A stretch of 64,000 nucleotides of DNA from Bythopirellula sp. (GCA_965216565.1 OZ244170.1:3328001-3392000); one strand, 5' to 3'; numbered from the stretch's first letter, positions 9,705 to 19,947 are shown. The notes: generated by a model not told the origin, from the sequence alone. Program-made: numbers and translations.

Positions 9705-11699
9705 GTGATGAGAAGCATTCTAGGTCTCATGGCGATCGCAATGAGCTTTTACACGGACACCTCGATTAAAGCCTTCGAACGTATCAAATACAATCATCCA
9801 GGACTCACGGTCGATTTGGGAGTTGGCCTTTGGGCTTGGCCACTTCCCATGGACTGGGACAGCGATGGCGACCTGGACCTGATTGTCTCATGCCCCGACA
9901 AACCGTATCACGGTAGCTATTTCTTTGAAAACACGGGAGATGATTCAAGACTTCCCGTATTCCAAGCCGGTGTTCGAGTAAGCGGTGGAGTCAAGAATGC
10001 ACAGGTCTCCTATGTGAACGGTCAGCCGCGTGTACTGAAAGGACAAAACCCAGACAGAGGACGCTGCGTTGAATTCGTAAACTTTCTGGGTGAAGGTTTC
10101 AACGAATCACACGAGTTAGATTATCCGGCCGTAAAAGTTGGCGAAGGACGCGTACGGGCGAATCAATGGAAATATGTAGATTTCGACGATGATGGTGCGC
10201 TGGACTTGATCCATGGCGCCGGATTCTGGGGCGACTATGGTTGGGATAATGCCTTCGATAGTGAAGGAGAATGGCAACGCGGTCCGCTTCACGGCTATGT
10301 GTACGTCTTGCGGAACAAAGGATCGAATAAACAACCCGACTACGAAACTGCATATCGGCTGCAGGCGGCGGGCAAAGACGTGGATGTCTACGGAATGCCT
10401 TCGCCCAACTTTGCCGATTTTGATGGCGATGGAGATCTTGATCTTCTATGTGGCGAGTTTCTGGATGGTTTTACGTACTTCGAAAACGTCGGCACAAGAT
10501 CGAAACCGGAATACTCGGCTGGCGTCTATCTAACGAATGCAGGCAAAAAGGTTGCCATGCATGTGCAGATGATTACACCCGTAGCTATTGACTGGGATCG
10601 TGACGGTGACATCGATCTGGTTTGCGGTGATGAGGATGGACGAGTCGCATTTGTGGAAAACACCGGAGCGATTGAAGATGGCACTCCGCTCTTCGAACAA
10701 CCTGTCTATTTCCAACAAGTCGCCGAGGACGTCAAATTCGGGGCGCTAGTAACCCCGTTTGGGGTCGATTGGGATAACGACGGAGATGAAGATCTGATTT
10801 GCGGGAATACCTCTGGCAATATTGGATTCATCGAGAATCTAGATGGAGGCTATCCACCCAAATGGGCGGCACCGGAACTATTGGTTAGCGAGGGTGAAAC
10901 GATTCACATTCAGGCGGGGCCTACTGGTTCGATCCAGGGTCCTTGCGAGGCCAAGTGGGGGTACACGGTTCTAAACGTCGCAGATTGGGACCACGACGGG
11001 CTTCACGATTTAGTCGTCAACAGCATTTGGGGCAAAGTCATTTGGTACAAGAACACAGGTACCAAACACGAACCGCAACTTGCAGCCGCTCGACCTGTCC
11101 AAGTCGAATGGGCAGATGAACCCATGAAACCTACCTGGAATTGGTGGAATCCAGACTCGCATGAATTAGTCACTCAATGGCGCACTACACCTTGCGTGAT
11201 CGATTGGGACAAAGATGGGCTCAACGATTTGGTGATGTTGGACCACGAAGGATACCTGGCACTCTTTAAGCGAGTTGAACGCGACAATCAACTCATGCTT
11301 TTGCCCGGCAAGCGTATATTTCACGGAGGTACCTTCGATAACAAGCACAAGATCGTTGAAACTAGTATTGAAGATAAAGAACGTGCACTGCTCCGCTTAA
11401 CTAGAAATCAGGCCGGTGCCTCGGGAAGACGCAAGCTTTGCTTCTCTGACTGGACTGGTGATGGCAACTTAGATTTACTCGTCAATAGCGAGAACACGAA
11501 CCTACTTGAGAATGTCGGCACAAGAGACGGCAAGATTCTGTTCAAAGACAGAGGCAAGCTGGGCACACGTACCTTGGCTGGGCATAGTACATGTCCGACG
11601 ACTGTTGATTGGAATCGGGATGGAAAACCGGACTTAGTATGTGGTGCCGAAGATGGACGTCTTTACTATTTGCAGAACCCAAACTCGGAAGAGAAGTAG
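9705..11699 (+). CDS. Secreted FG-GAP/VCBS-repeat beta-propeller protein
   Basis: Many D-W/F-D-x-D-G-D-x-D-L motifs; N-terminal YNHPGLTVDLGVGLWAWPLPMDWD; signal peptide. Confidence 0.85.
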   Translation: MMRSILGLMAIAMSFYTDTSIKAFERIKYNHPGLTVDLGVGLWAWPLPMDWDSDGDLDLIVSCPDKPYHGSYFFENTGDDSRLPVFQAGVRVSGGVKNAQVSYVNGQPRVLKGQNPDRGRCVEFVNFLGEGFNESHELDYPAVKVGEGRVRANQWKYVDFDDDGALDLIHGAGFWGDYGWDNAFDSEGEWQRGPLHGYVYVLRNKGSNKQPDYETAYRLQAAGKDVDVYGMPSPNFADFDGDGDLDLLCGEFLDGFTYFENVGTRSKPEYSAGVYLTNAGKKVAMHVQMITPVAIDWDRDGDIDLVCGDEDGRVAFVENTGAIEDGTPLFEQPVYFQQVAEDVKFGALVTPFGVDWDNDGDEDLICGNTSGNIGFIENLDGGYPPKWAAPELLVSEGETIHIQAGPTGSIQGPCEAKWGYTVLNVADWDHDGLHDLVVNSIWGKVIWYKNTGTKHEPQLAAARPVQVEWADEPMKPTWNWWNPDSHELVTQWRTTPCVIDWDKDGLNDLVMLDHEGYLALFKRVERDNQLMLLPGKRIFHGGTFDNKHKIVETSIEDKERALLRLTRNQAGASGRRKLCFSDWTGDGNLDLLVNSENTNLLENVGTRDGKILFKDRGKLGTRTLAGHSTCPTTVDWNRDGKPDLVCGAEDGRLYYLQNPNSEEK

Positions 11700-11758
11700 T
11701 TCTCAGTAAGCTACTCGTGCCCAGCAGAATTCACGCTTAGAAAGAGTAATTAGTCGCT

Positions 11759-13144
11759 ATGAGAATCTGTGTTGTTCAAACCCTCCTTATCGCTGCCTTA
11801 TTTGGTGACTTAGCTAGCGCAGACGAAAATATCACGGCGTCGACGAGTGCGACGATTGCGCAGCTACAAAAGAAGACTGGAAAAGAAGGATCGACAAACA
11901 CGTTGCTGGGTTATGAGAATCCCGGAGATGGCGGCGGCGGACTTTTCTATTGGTCCTCTAATGCACCGAAGCCAATTGATGGGGGGACAATCGTTCGTTG
12001 CAACAATGGCGGGGCGTGGGTTCGGATTTTCAACGGACCGGTACATGCTGCTTGGTTTGGCGTATTGCCAACAGCGGAAAGGGACACTCTAACTCAAGAA
12101 GAGGTTGACCGTACTACCCATCGGTTAGAGCAGGCACTCCATGCAGCCGCTGGTGACACCTTGCGATTCGGGCAAGGCACATTCTATCTGTCTAAAACGC
12201 TCATCATTCCACCTAATACGCTGATAACAGGAGCAGGCCCACAAGATATTTGGACGCGCAGCCCAGGTGGCACGACAATACGACCATATGGGCCAGGAAA
12301 AGCCCAATTATGGCAAGACACGGGTGTGAAAGAGAACGATATGCTCCGGCCTCTATTCGTATGTGGCGGTAGCAATGTCCGATTTCGAGAAATAGGACTT
12401 CTTACTCAAGCCGACGAAAAGTCGGGCTCCACGGCATGGGATGTTGGCATTTTGCTACCAGCAACAAAACGCTGCTCGATCGACCACGTCAGCATCAGAG
12501 GTTATTGGCAAGTAGCCGCCTGTCTGCTCGATGCGACTTGGTCGGACAGGCACAAACGTATGATTGCTCTGCACAAGGGGCGAATAACGCCATCGTCGAT
12601 GAACGAATGTACAATCCTCCGTTGTTTTCTCTCAGGCAAATGGGGAGTTATGATTCGCGGAGCAGACAAGAGAGTCTATGACCCACGAGACTTTCGAGAT
12701 TACGACAAAACAGGAATGTCTGAACGTTGGGACGAGTGGATTTGGTCCTATGGTGGCACCTCCGATATTGAAATCATCAGTTGTCGAATCGAAGGAAAAG
12801 CTCCCAAAAGTCTACAGCACCTAGATGGAGGTGCATTCTACAGCGATGCCCCAATGGTAAATGGTGCGGCTGCTGGACAGGGGCACCGTATTATTGGTTG
12901 CAATTTACGTACGAACACCCGTTACATGGTTAAGCTCGGCTCCTCTAATCGAGATACTTTTATCGGCTGCTATTTTGAGGGCGGCTGGTGCGACCGACAA
13001 CCGAACGGCAAGTGCCAAGAGGCCCCCTCGTTTATGACAAACGACGCAGAACATACTGGCCAGACGCGCTTTATTGACTGTCGTTTCACAACTTGCGATA
13101 TCAAGTCGGAGTGGAACTATAAGAAGACACACACTTGGCCGTGA
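11759..13144 (+). CDS. Secreted pectate-lyase-superfamily (right-handed beta-helix) protein
   Basis: Signal peptide; GYENPGDGGGGLFYW...DGGT...GAWVR, then AWFG and TLRFGQGTFYLS..L.IP.NT.ITGAG, the usual start of a beta-helix. Confidence 0.6.
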   Translation: MRICVVQTLLIAALFGDLASADENITASTSATIAQLQKKTGKEGSTNTLLGYENPGDGGGGLFYWSSNAPKPIDGGTIVRCNNGGAWVRIFNGPVHAAWFGVLPTAERDTLTQEEVDRTTHRLEQALHAAAGDTLRFGQGTFYLSKTLIIPPNTLITGAGPQDIWTRSPGGTTIRPYGPGKAQLWQDTGVKENDMLRPLFVCGGSNVRFREIGLLTQADEKSGSTAWDVGILLPATKRCSIDHVSIRGYWQVAACLLDATWSDRHKRMIALHKGRITPSSMNECTILRCFLSGKWGVMIRGADKRVYDPRDFRDYDKTGMSERWDEWIWSYGGTSDIEIISCRIEGKAPKSLQHLDGGAFYSDAPMVNGAAAGQGHRIIGCNLRTNTRYMVKLGSSNRDTFIGCYFEGGWCDRQPNGKCQEAPSFMTNDAEHTGQTRFIDCRFTTCDIKSEWNYKKTHTWP

Positions 13145-13263
13145 CCAGAACAAGTAGCTTTGTCTGGCACAAGGGCAACTCAAGATAGGTCAGGGATTAG
13201 TCTTTGCTTCACTCCGCGCCATATCGCCATGCGATCCAATGCTGAAATCAGGAGAGTGCAATC

Positions 13264-16200
13264 GTGACATCAAAGAATATGGTATTGTTGGCCTTATTTG
13301 GAATTGCTCTCGACCTACATTTTACTAGCTCCGCAGTTGCAGACCTGCTACCGCCTAATACTCTCCGGATAAGCGAAGGGTTTAAGAACCCTCTTGGCTT
13401 CTATGACAAGGAACCAAGCTTTTCTTGGCGAGTTCCCGCCGACTCACAAGTGAAAAGCCAAAGCGCTTACCGTATCGTCGTCGCAAGCGACCCCGCACTT
13501 TTGCCAGAAAAGGCTGATTTGTGGGACACGGGTAAAACAGACTCAAACCAATCCGTCTGGGTGCGCTACTCGGGGCACTCGCTTGACTCTCGGAACTTAG
13601 TCTACTGGCAGGTGAAGTATTGGGATGAGAAGGATCGCCAGTCCTCCTGGAGTGAACAAGCGCATTTCGAGTTGGGCTTGCTCAATAACAGCGATTGGAA
13701 AGGCAAGTGGATACAAATGCAGGGCCCTAAGGCCTTTCCTCCTCCGCAAGTATGGTTAGAAGACCCTCAGCAAAGAGATCGCGAGGGTATAAATATAACG
13801 ATCAACCGTGCTGAATACGGAATCCACACCGCAAATGGCGAGACGGTTGATATTTCCGACTCAATTCGGCAGATGGTACATCAAGACAAATACCTTCTTC
13901 AAGTGTCTGATCGGTTAGCCAAGCAGAGCACTTTTTCTGCTGGCGAAGCGAAACTGTTGATTGATTACGATCTCAATCTCAAGCATGTTCGTAAACTGCT
14001 TACCCAAGGGACCACGTTCAATTTACTATCGCGAGAAGAGTATGTGACCCTTGTTCCGGAATATTTCCGAAAGCAGTTCGAGCTGACTGGCCCCATAAAG
14101 AAGGCAAGGTTGTACATTACCGCTCGCGGACTCTATCAGGTCCACATCAACGGCGAGCGTATTGGTGAAGATCATATGACGCCTGGTTGGACAACGTATA
14201 ACAGTTGGATTGAATCGCTCACTTACGATGTAACCGAACAACTTCGCAAAGGGAATAACGTCATTGCTGCCATTCTGAGTGAGGGTTGGTATGCCGGTCG
14301 CATTGGCAGTCCAGGTAAATATACCGAAACCCATCCAGAGCTCCTCTGTCAACTGGAAGTTACGTTTTCAAATGGGAAGAAAAAGGTCATTGTGACTGAT
14401 CGGAATTGGAAGGCCACCAACCAAGGACCAATTCGTGTCTCCAGCATCTTCGATGGCGAGGTCTACGATGCAAGAAAAGAGATGGCTGGATGGAAGTCTA
14501 CCGGATTCGATGATTCTCAGTGGAGCCCAGTCACTGCATCTGACCTTGATCCGAACGTTTCAATTGCTCCTAAACAACAGCCACCCGTTCGCGTTACGGA
14601 GAAGATAAATGCTTTACACGTAACCGAACCTGAGCCCGGCAAGTTCGTCTTTGATTTTGGCCAAAACGTGGTAGGCAAACCAAGCATTAAGATCCCGGTG
14701 AAGAAGGGCGAGACGATCAGAATCAGATTCGCTGAAATGCTCAATCCGGGTGGGACTCTATATACTGAGAACTATCGTAGTGCACGATCCAGCGACTATT
14801 ACGTAGCAGCAAGTGACAAGTCGATTACCTGGGAACCTACGTTCACCTTTCATGGTTTTCGCTATGTCGAGCTGTCCGGATTCTCAACTGATGTCGGGCC
14901 TCAATCTAATTGGGTAACGACTCATGTGTTGCATACGGACTTTGAAAGAACCGGAAGGTTCACCAGTTCACATGAGAAGCTCAATAGACTGCAAGAGAAT
15001 ATTATCTGGGGCCAAAGGGGAAATTTCCTAGATATACCGACCGATTGCCCCCAGCGGGACGAACGCCAAGGCTGGACAGGTGATGCACAAATCTTCTGTC
15101 CCACGTCGTTATTCAACTACGACACCCATGCATTTTGGAAAAGCTGGTTGCGTAGTATGCGAGCAAATCAACGCGAAGATGGCATTATCCCTTGGATTGT
15201 ACCTTCCAGTAGAGAGTTCAAGAAATTTGGTAGCGCAGCCTGGGGAGACGCAGCGGTTGTCGTGCCGTGGGAAGTTTATCTTCGAACAGGTGATGTTTCA
15301 GTACTTGAAGAAAACTATCGGATGATGCGGCGCTGGGTTGCAGCATACGAGCCTGATGCGAAAAATCACATAGTTAATCGCGATGGATTTGGAGATTGGC
15401 TGCAACCGTACTCAAAGGGGGATCTTCAAAAGAAACGCGGAGTATTAGTTGGTGAAACTGCTTTGGAATTGATCGCCACAGCGTACTACGGGCGAGGGAC
15501 AGAAATCATGCAGCAGGTCGCGTCAGTTCTAGGGCGTGACGAGGATGCCAATTTTTACAAAGAAGAAAGGTCAAAGATCCGCGATGCCTTTTCCCGTGAG
15601 TTTTTCGACCAGCAGGGGCGACTTACTACCAAATTTGAAACGCAAACCGGTTATCTACTGGCTCTCGCATTCGATTTGCTCAAGCCTAGTCTTAAGGCAG
15701 GAGCGATTCGAAACTTATTGCGTGAGGTCGACGAGGGTGATGGACACCTCCGTACAGGTTTCGTTGGCACACCCTTGCTCGCACCAGTTCTCGACGAGAA
15801 TGGCCACTCTGCAAGGGCTTACAGCATCCTTTTCAAGGAGTCATACCCTTCCTGGTTCTTTTCGATAAATCAGGGTGCAACGACTATGTGGGAACGCTGG
15901 AATAGTTTCAGTCATGCAGATGGCTTTGGCGATGCCAAGATGAACTCTTTCAATCATTACGCCTACGGAGCTATCGGCCAATGGATGTATGAGCGAGTTG
16001 CCGGCTTAGCGCCAGACTCAAAGCACCCTGGCTATAAGCATTTCTTCATTCAGCCGATACCCGGCGGGCCCTTGACCAAAGCCCGAGCAGAGCTTGAAAC
16101 GCCCTATGGCAAGGCGGTGAGCGGTTGGCAACGAGTCGAAGATTCGATCGTGATCTACGCCACTGTTCCAACCAATTCCACAGCAACACTTATTGTACCG

Positions 16201-16341
16201 CAAATAAAAGAAGGTGAACCCAAGCTCAGTCTGGATGGTAAGCCTTGCTCGTTGGATCGGCACGATAACCAATATAGATATGAGATCGCTCCAGGTAAGT
16301 ACGAGTTCATCCTGAAAACGGGATCGTTACCACTCGAATAG
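13264..16341 (+). CDS. Alpha-L-rhamnosidase, glycoside hydrolase family 78
   Basis: ARLYITARGLY, DFGQN, FTFHGFRY, IPTDCPQRDERQGWTGD, GATTMWERWN, MNSFNHYAYG; signal peptide. Confidence 0.92.
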   Translation: MTSKNMVLLALFGIALDLHFTSSAVADLLPPNTLRISEGFKNPLGFYDKEPSFSWRVPADSQVKSQSAYRIVVASDPALLPEKADLWDTGKTDSNQSVWVRYSGHSLDSRNLVYWQVKYWDEKDRQSSWSEQAHFELGLLNNSDWKGKWIQMQGPKAFPPPQVWLEDPQQRDREGINITINRAEYGIHTANGETVDISDSIRQMVHQDKYLLQVSDRLAKQSTFSAGEAKLLIDYDLNLKHVRKLLTQGTTFNLLSREEYVTLVPEYFRKQFELTGPIKKARLYITARGLYQVHINGERIGEDHMTPGWTTYNSWIESLTYDVTEQLRKGNNVIAAILSEGWYAGRIGSPGKYTETHPELLCQLEVTFSNGKKKVIVTDRNWKATNQGPIRVSSIFDGEVYDARKEMAGWKSTGFDDSQWSPVTASDLDPNVSIAPKQQPPVRVTEKINALHVTEPEPGKFVFDFGQNVVGKPSIKIPVKKGETIRIRFAEMLNPGGTLYTENYRSARSSDYYVAASDKSITWEPTFTFHGFRYVELSGFSTDVGPQSNWVTTHVLHTDFERTGRFTSSHEKLNRLQENIIWGQRGNFLDIPTDCPQRDERQGWTGDAQIFCPTSLFNYDTHAFWKSWLRSMRANQREDGIIPWIVPSSREFKKFGSAAWGDAAVVVPWEVYLRTGDVSVLEENYRMMRRWVAAYEPDAKNHIVNRDGFGDWLQPYSKGDLQKKRGVLVGETALELIATAYYGRGTEIMQQVASVLGRDEDANFYKEERSKIRDAFSREFFDQQGRLTTKFETQTGYLLALAFDLLKPSLKAGAIRNLLREVDEGDGHLRTGFVGTPLLAPVLDENGHSARAYSILFKESYPSWFFSINQGATTMWERWNSFSHADGFGDAKMNSFNHYAYGAIGQWMYERVAGLAPDSKHPGYKHFFIQPIPGGPLTKARAELETPYGKAVSGWQRVEDSIVIYATVPTNSTATLIVPQIKEGEPKLSLDGKPCSLDRHDNQYRYEIAPGKYEFILKTGSLPLE

Positions 16342-17445
16342 AAGATTCTGGATGACTCAATGAGTTTGAGGTTCCAGTGCATGGAAAACCTCTCTCAAAA
16401 GTGTTCGTGCAGCCCCGTACTTTTCAGTTAGTGTGTCGGTCAATTAGCATTCTGTTCGATTGGAGCAAAACGTTGTACTTGTATGCTATTGCCAGTCGCA
16501 TTTTATCCCATGAAATTTAAACTGTACTACCATCAGCTGGGTTGGGCGGTAAAGCAGTCTCGAGCAGTTATTGGCGTAGGAGAATTTCTTCTACGCTGAT
16601 ATCCAAATCGTTGATTCCCTCCCTAACGTCACTCTAGAGACGAAGGCCTGCCAATCGAGGGAGTAATCTTGCTGTCAATTCGATGACAAGCAAACTGCTT
16701 GAATAAGCACTAGTCGGCTCAGGCATGCTGATGGCACTAACCTTTTCTAACCTATGCCAGCTCATTGCACCTCGCCTCAGTGATTTCGACCGAAGCTAGG
16801 AATAGCAGTACCTGTACCTGCTTCGGTTGAGCACTCCGAAAGCATTTAGAATGGAGCTACAACTCTTGGGATGCCCCCACACGCGTGACTAGCGACATAC
16901 CTTACCTAGTTGCGAGATACACCACCCCTGCCATGAATGGGAGCTAAGAGTTTATAGATCTAACGCGGGTGGTCACCTTGTCCAGGTGTATAACTAGGGC
17001 GTGTGTCTGCCGAACAATACAAAGAAGAAAGCAAGAGATACCGACTTTCTACGAAAGTTACAGCTACTTACCCAGAGTGGCACTGATTTGGTCAGCGGTG
17101 AGAGAGAGCATATACTACCCCTTAATCCAGAAGCCCCCGGGAGGTGTGGTAAAAACTTCTGAGTAACCGGCAATCTGGAACGAGAAAGTTGTCTTTGTCC
17201 CATGACAGTTTTCTCGATACATATCATCAAAGAATCTGTATCAGGCCCATTACACTTTACAAATGACTCCGAGACCCTACTGAAACAAGTCTTGTTCAGT
17301 TCGGATTACGATCGAACCTAGCCCAGAGACTGGTCACTGCCCGATGACAAGTATTCACTCCTGAGAGACTAAAAAGAGCTGAGGAACGAACAACAATCAA
17401 GTGCCGACCTCAGCTCGCTGGAATCTCGAGCTAGACCACTTTGGA

Positions 17446-18624
17446 TTACCCAATCTGTTGTGCCACTTTGATCCCTTTGGCCAAATCCCGCTCCGCATAG
17501 ACCTGAGTGACGTCGGCCGTGCTGTGCCCTAGCACGATCTGAGCAGCCTCCAGGCCGAATTTACGCCGTATCTCGGTCGCAGCCGAGTGTCGGAGTCGAT
17601 TGGGACTCCATTGCTCAACACCTGCTTTCTTGCAGGCATAATGGATAGCACGACGGTAGCTACCCGTGGTGTAGTGATCTTGGGGCTTCTTCTTTGGTTT
17701 CTTCTTGCGGTTAGTTCCTGGACGGTTGCCACAACTTAGCGGGGTCTGACGCGCAGCGTGTTGGGCTGCTCTCCGCTTCGCCTCGCTGTCACGCCGCTGA
17801 AAGCAGTACTCTTCTGCTGCTCTTACCAGATATTTGAGCAAGATATCCTGGGATCTTGGTCCAAAACACACTACTCGATCTCTACCATGGTGCTGAGTCT
17901 TATGGGTAGCTGGCCGATACAACCAGACTTCCTCAGCACGCTCGATGTCGCAAGGCCGTAGCTGGCAGACCTCGGCAGGTCGCATACCCGTGAGACGTTG
18001 CAGCCGCACCATGTCGGCAACGGTCGATGAAAGGCTTTCCAATGTGTCATCCACGACGCAGTCCTCAACGGGCATGACTGGGGCATTATCTCGAGCCTCA
18101 GACCGCCCATGCCGCAAGCCAGACACAGCCCTCAAGCCTTCATAGACTGCGGGGGGCACCAACTCTTCGGCCACCCCCCACTTAAACATTCGCTTGATGC
18201 GGCCAATTTGGGCATTCACATAACTCCGAGAGTTGTCGGCCTCGATCATACGCTGCCGCACAGCTTGGAGAGCAAGAGGTCCGAATTCTGAGGCTGGCGT
18301 AGTCTTGTACCAGTCCCTGAGGAACCGGAGGGCCAATTTGATATTGGGCGCTTCGCCCGTACATTTTCCGTCCTTGCTGTAGTACTTCTTAGCGTACTGC
18401 CAATAGCGGGCACAGAGCTCGATGACCGTGAGCTCATCGGTCGATCCGAGGAGCGGATTGCGACCGCTTTGCAGCCACTCACCGATAAGGCGGTCGTAGT
18501 CCAGTTTACTGGCCCGCGTGCCATGGGGGCCCAGGTAATAGTCCCTGCCATTGAGGGTGACGACAGCTTGGCCGCTAGCTCGATGCTTGCGGTACTTGGG
18601 AAGATGGTTCTTAGAGTATGGCAT
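17446..18624 (-). CDS. Tyrosine recombinase / phage-type integrase
   Basis: TGMRPAE (R), HKT (K), PNRLRH, LGHS and TQVY catalytic motifs; N-terminal YRKHRASGQAVVTLNGRDYYLG arm typical of planctomycete integrases. Confidence 0.93.
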   Translation of the reverse strand: MPYSKNHLPKYRKHRASGQAVVTLNGRDYYLGPHGTRASKLDYDRLIGEWLQSGRNPLLGSTDELTVIELCARYWQYAKKYYSKDGKCTGEAPNIKLALRFLRDWYKTTPASEFGPLALQAVRQRMIEADNSRSYVNAQIGRIKRMFKWGVAEELVPPAVYEGLRAVSGLRHGRSEARDNAPVMPVEDCVVDDTLESLSSTVADMVRLQRLTGMRPAEVCQLRPCDIERAEEVWLYRPATHKTQHHGRDRVVCFGPRSQDILLKYLVRAAEEYCFQRRDSEAKRRAAQHAARQTPLSCGNRPGTNRKKKPKKKPQDHYTTGSYRRAIHYACKKAGVEQWSPNRLRHSAATEIRRKFGLEAAQIVLGHSTADVTQVYAERDLAKGIKVAQQIG

Positions 18625-18748
18625 AGCGCAGGTCTCCTAGTTTCTCAGCCCAGAAACGGTATGTACCGTTCTTGAGCCTTAGGAAACGCCGCGCTGCCGA
18701 TCATCGGCAGGTAACAGAAACTCTTGCTTCGGCAGTAGTTAAGTAAAG

Positions 18749-18822
18749 TATCCCCGAGTGGATTCGAACCACTAACCTTCGGCTTCGGAGGCCGACACTC
18801 TATCCAGTTGAGCTACGGGGAC
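18749..18822 (-). tRNA. tRNA-Arg (anticodon CCG), CCA not encoded
   Basis: Reverse complement GTCCCCG TAGCTCAACTGGATAGAGTG TCGGC CT CCG AA GCCGA AGGTT AGTGG TTCGAAT CCACT CGGGGAT A folds as a canonical cloverleaf. Confidence 0.97.
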
Positions 18823-18864
18823 GCGGATTGTTCGGAATCATAGATTGCGGGGTGCAATGGGTAG

Positions 18865-19206
18865 CTAACCGGGGGGCCATTTCATAGGACGCCCACCCAT
18901 TAGATGAAAGTGCAAATGGTCGACCGTTTGACCACCGTCTTTGCCGCAGTTCACAGTAACGCGGTACCCATTGTCTAATTCCAGTTGCTTTGCCACATCG
19001 CGGATCACCTGCCACAGGTGACCCATCAAGAGAGCGTCTTCCTCGGCGAGGTCGTCGATCGACGGGATAGGTTTTTTCGGAATTACCAACACATGGGTCG
19101 GTGCCTCTGGATTGATGTCGCGAAATGCCAGACATTTTTCGTCTTCGAAGACGATGTCAGCGGGGATCTCGCGGGCAATAATTTTTTCGAATAGCGTTTG
19201 ACTCAT
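18865..19206 (-). CDS. hinT: Histidine triad (HIT) nucleotide-binding protein
   Basis: TLFEKIIAREIPA, AFRDINPEAPTHVLVIPKK, GGQTVDHLHFHLMGGR. Confidence 0.93.
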   Translation of the reverse strand: MSQTLFEKIIAREIPADIVFEDEKCLAFRDINPEAPTHVLVIPKKPIPSIDDLAEEDALLMGHLWQVIRDVAKQLELDNGYRVTVNCGKDGGQTVDHLHFHLMGGRPMKWPPG

Positions 19207-19233
19207 CTTGGTGTGTCTCAATCACTTCCTAGC

Positions 19234-19488
19234 CTAAAGCTGTTCCAGTTTTATAGCTTCGTCTGGTAAGAGCACAGGAATTCCGTCTACTACCGGGTAA
19301 AGCAAGTCGCCTGCCTCTCGTAGGAGACCGGCGTCCATTTTCTTCTCCAGAGTCTGGCCGCAGTAGTTGATCAGCGTTCGATTCTCAATCGCCTGGTTCA
19401 GCTTGGCGACAAGCGCCGTATCGGCTTCGCTCAAGGAAGAATGGTCGTGCGGACAACGTAAGATGTCGAGTAACTCTTGATTGATCAA
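19234..19488 (-). CDS. Trm112/YcaR-like protein
   Basis: LLDILRCP...YPVVDGIPVLLPDEA. Confidence 0.85.
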   Translation of the reverse strand: MINQELLDILRCPHDHSSLSEADTALVAKLNQAIENRTLINYCGQTLEKKMDAGLLREAGDLLYPVVDGIPVLLPDEAIKLEQL

Positions 19489-19947
19489 ATGAATCTTCTC
19501 TCTATACAGTCGGCAACCTTAGGCATATGCGGGCTCATGCAAGTTGCTAGTATTCTGGGAAGTGCAGCCCGAGGTTTGCACGCATTTTATGGCTTGTTTG
19601 CGGCCACTGCTAGCGGACACCCCCAAGACGGGCGGATTTCAACGCCCCTAATTTGCCCAGATAGTGCTGGCATAGTGAGAATTCTCACCTCGGCCTGATG
19701 AACTTCTCCGACCCTGCCGATAACAACGGGGATGTCTCACAACGACCGAAGGGACGCGGTCTGGACATCGTGATAGACGAAACCGGGGTACTGGGTGGGC
19801 CAAGTTTCCAACTCTCTTCGACTGGAAGAAAGCCCATATTGGCGGGTCGCCGACTCGCGAGTGCTTTGAGAACCTGCCGAAAAGCAGGAACACGCGGCAC
19901 TAAATTGTTTGACTGTTTTCAGCCTAGTAATCGCCGAGGTAGATAGC

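Larger units (their letters stand above)
1..18748. mobile_element. Probable tRNA-Arg-anchored genomic island; right end here, left end outside the window or eroded
   Basis: Integrase starts about 125 bp beyond the tRNA 3' end on the same strand. The cargo is co-oriented and looks more AT-rich than core genes by eye. No second att copy was seen, so the extent is inferred. Confidence 0.5.

Noticed and set aside
19695..19783. Hammerhead ribozyme core (CTGATGA ... GAAAC)
   Set aside because: Stem II does not close next to the core and there is no stem I / NUH arrangement.
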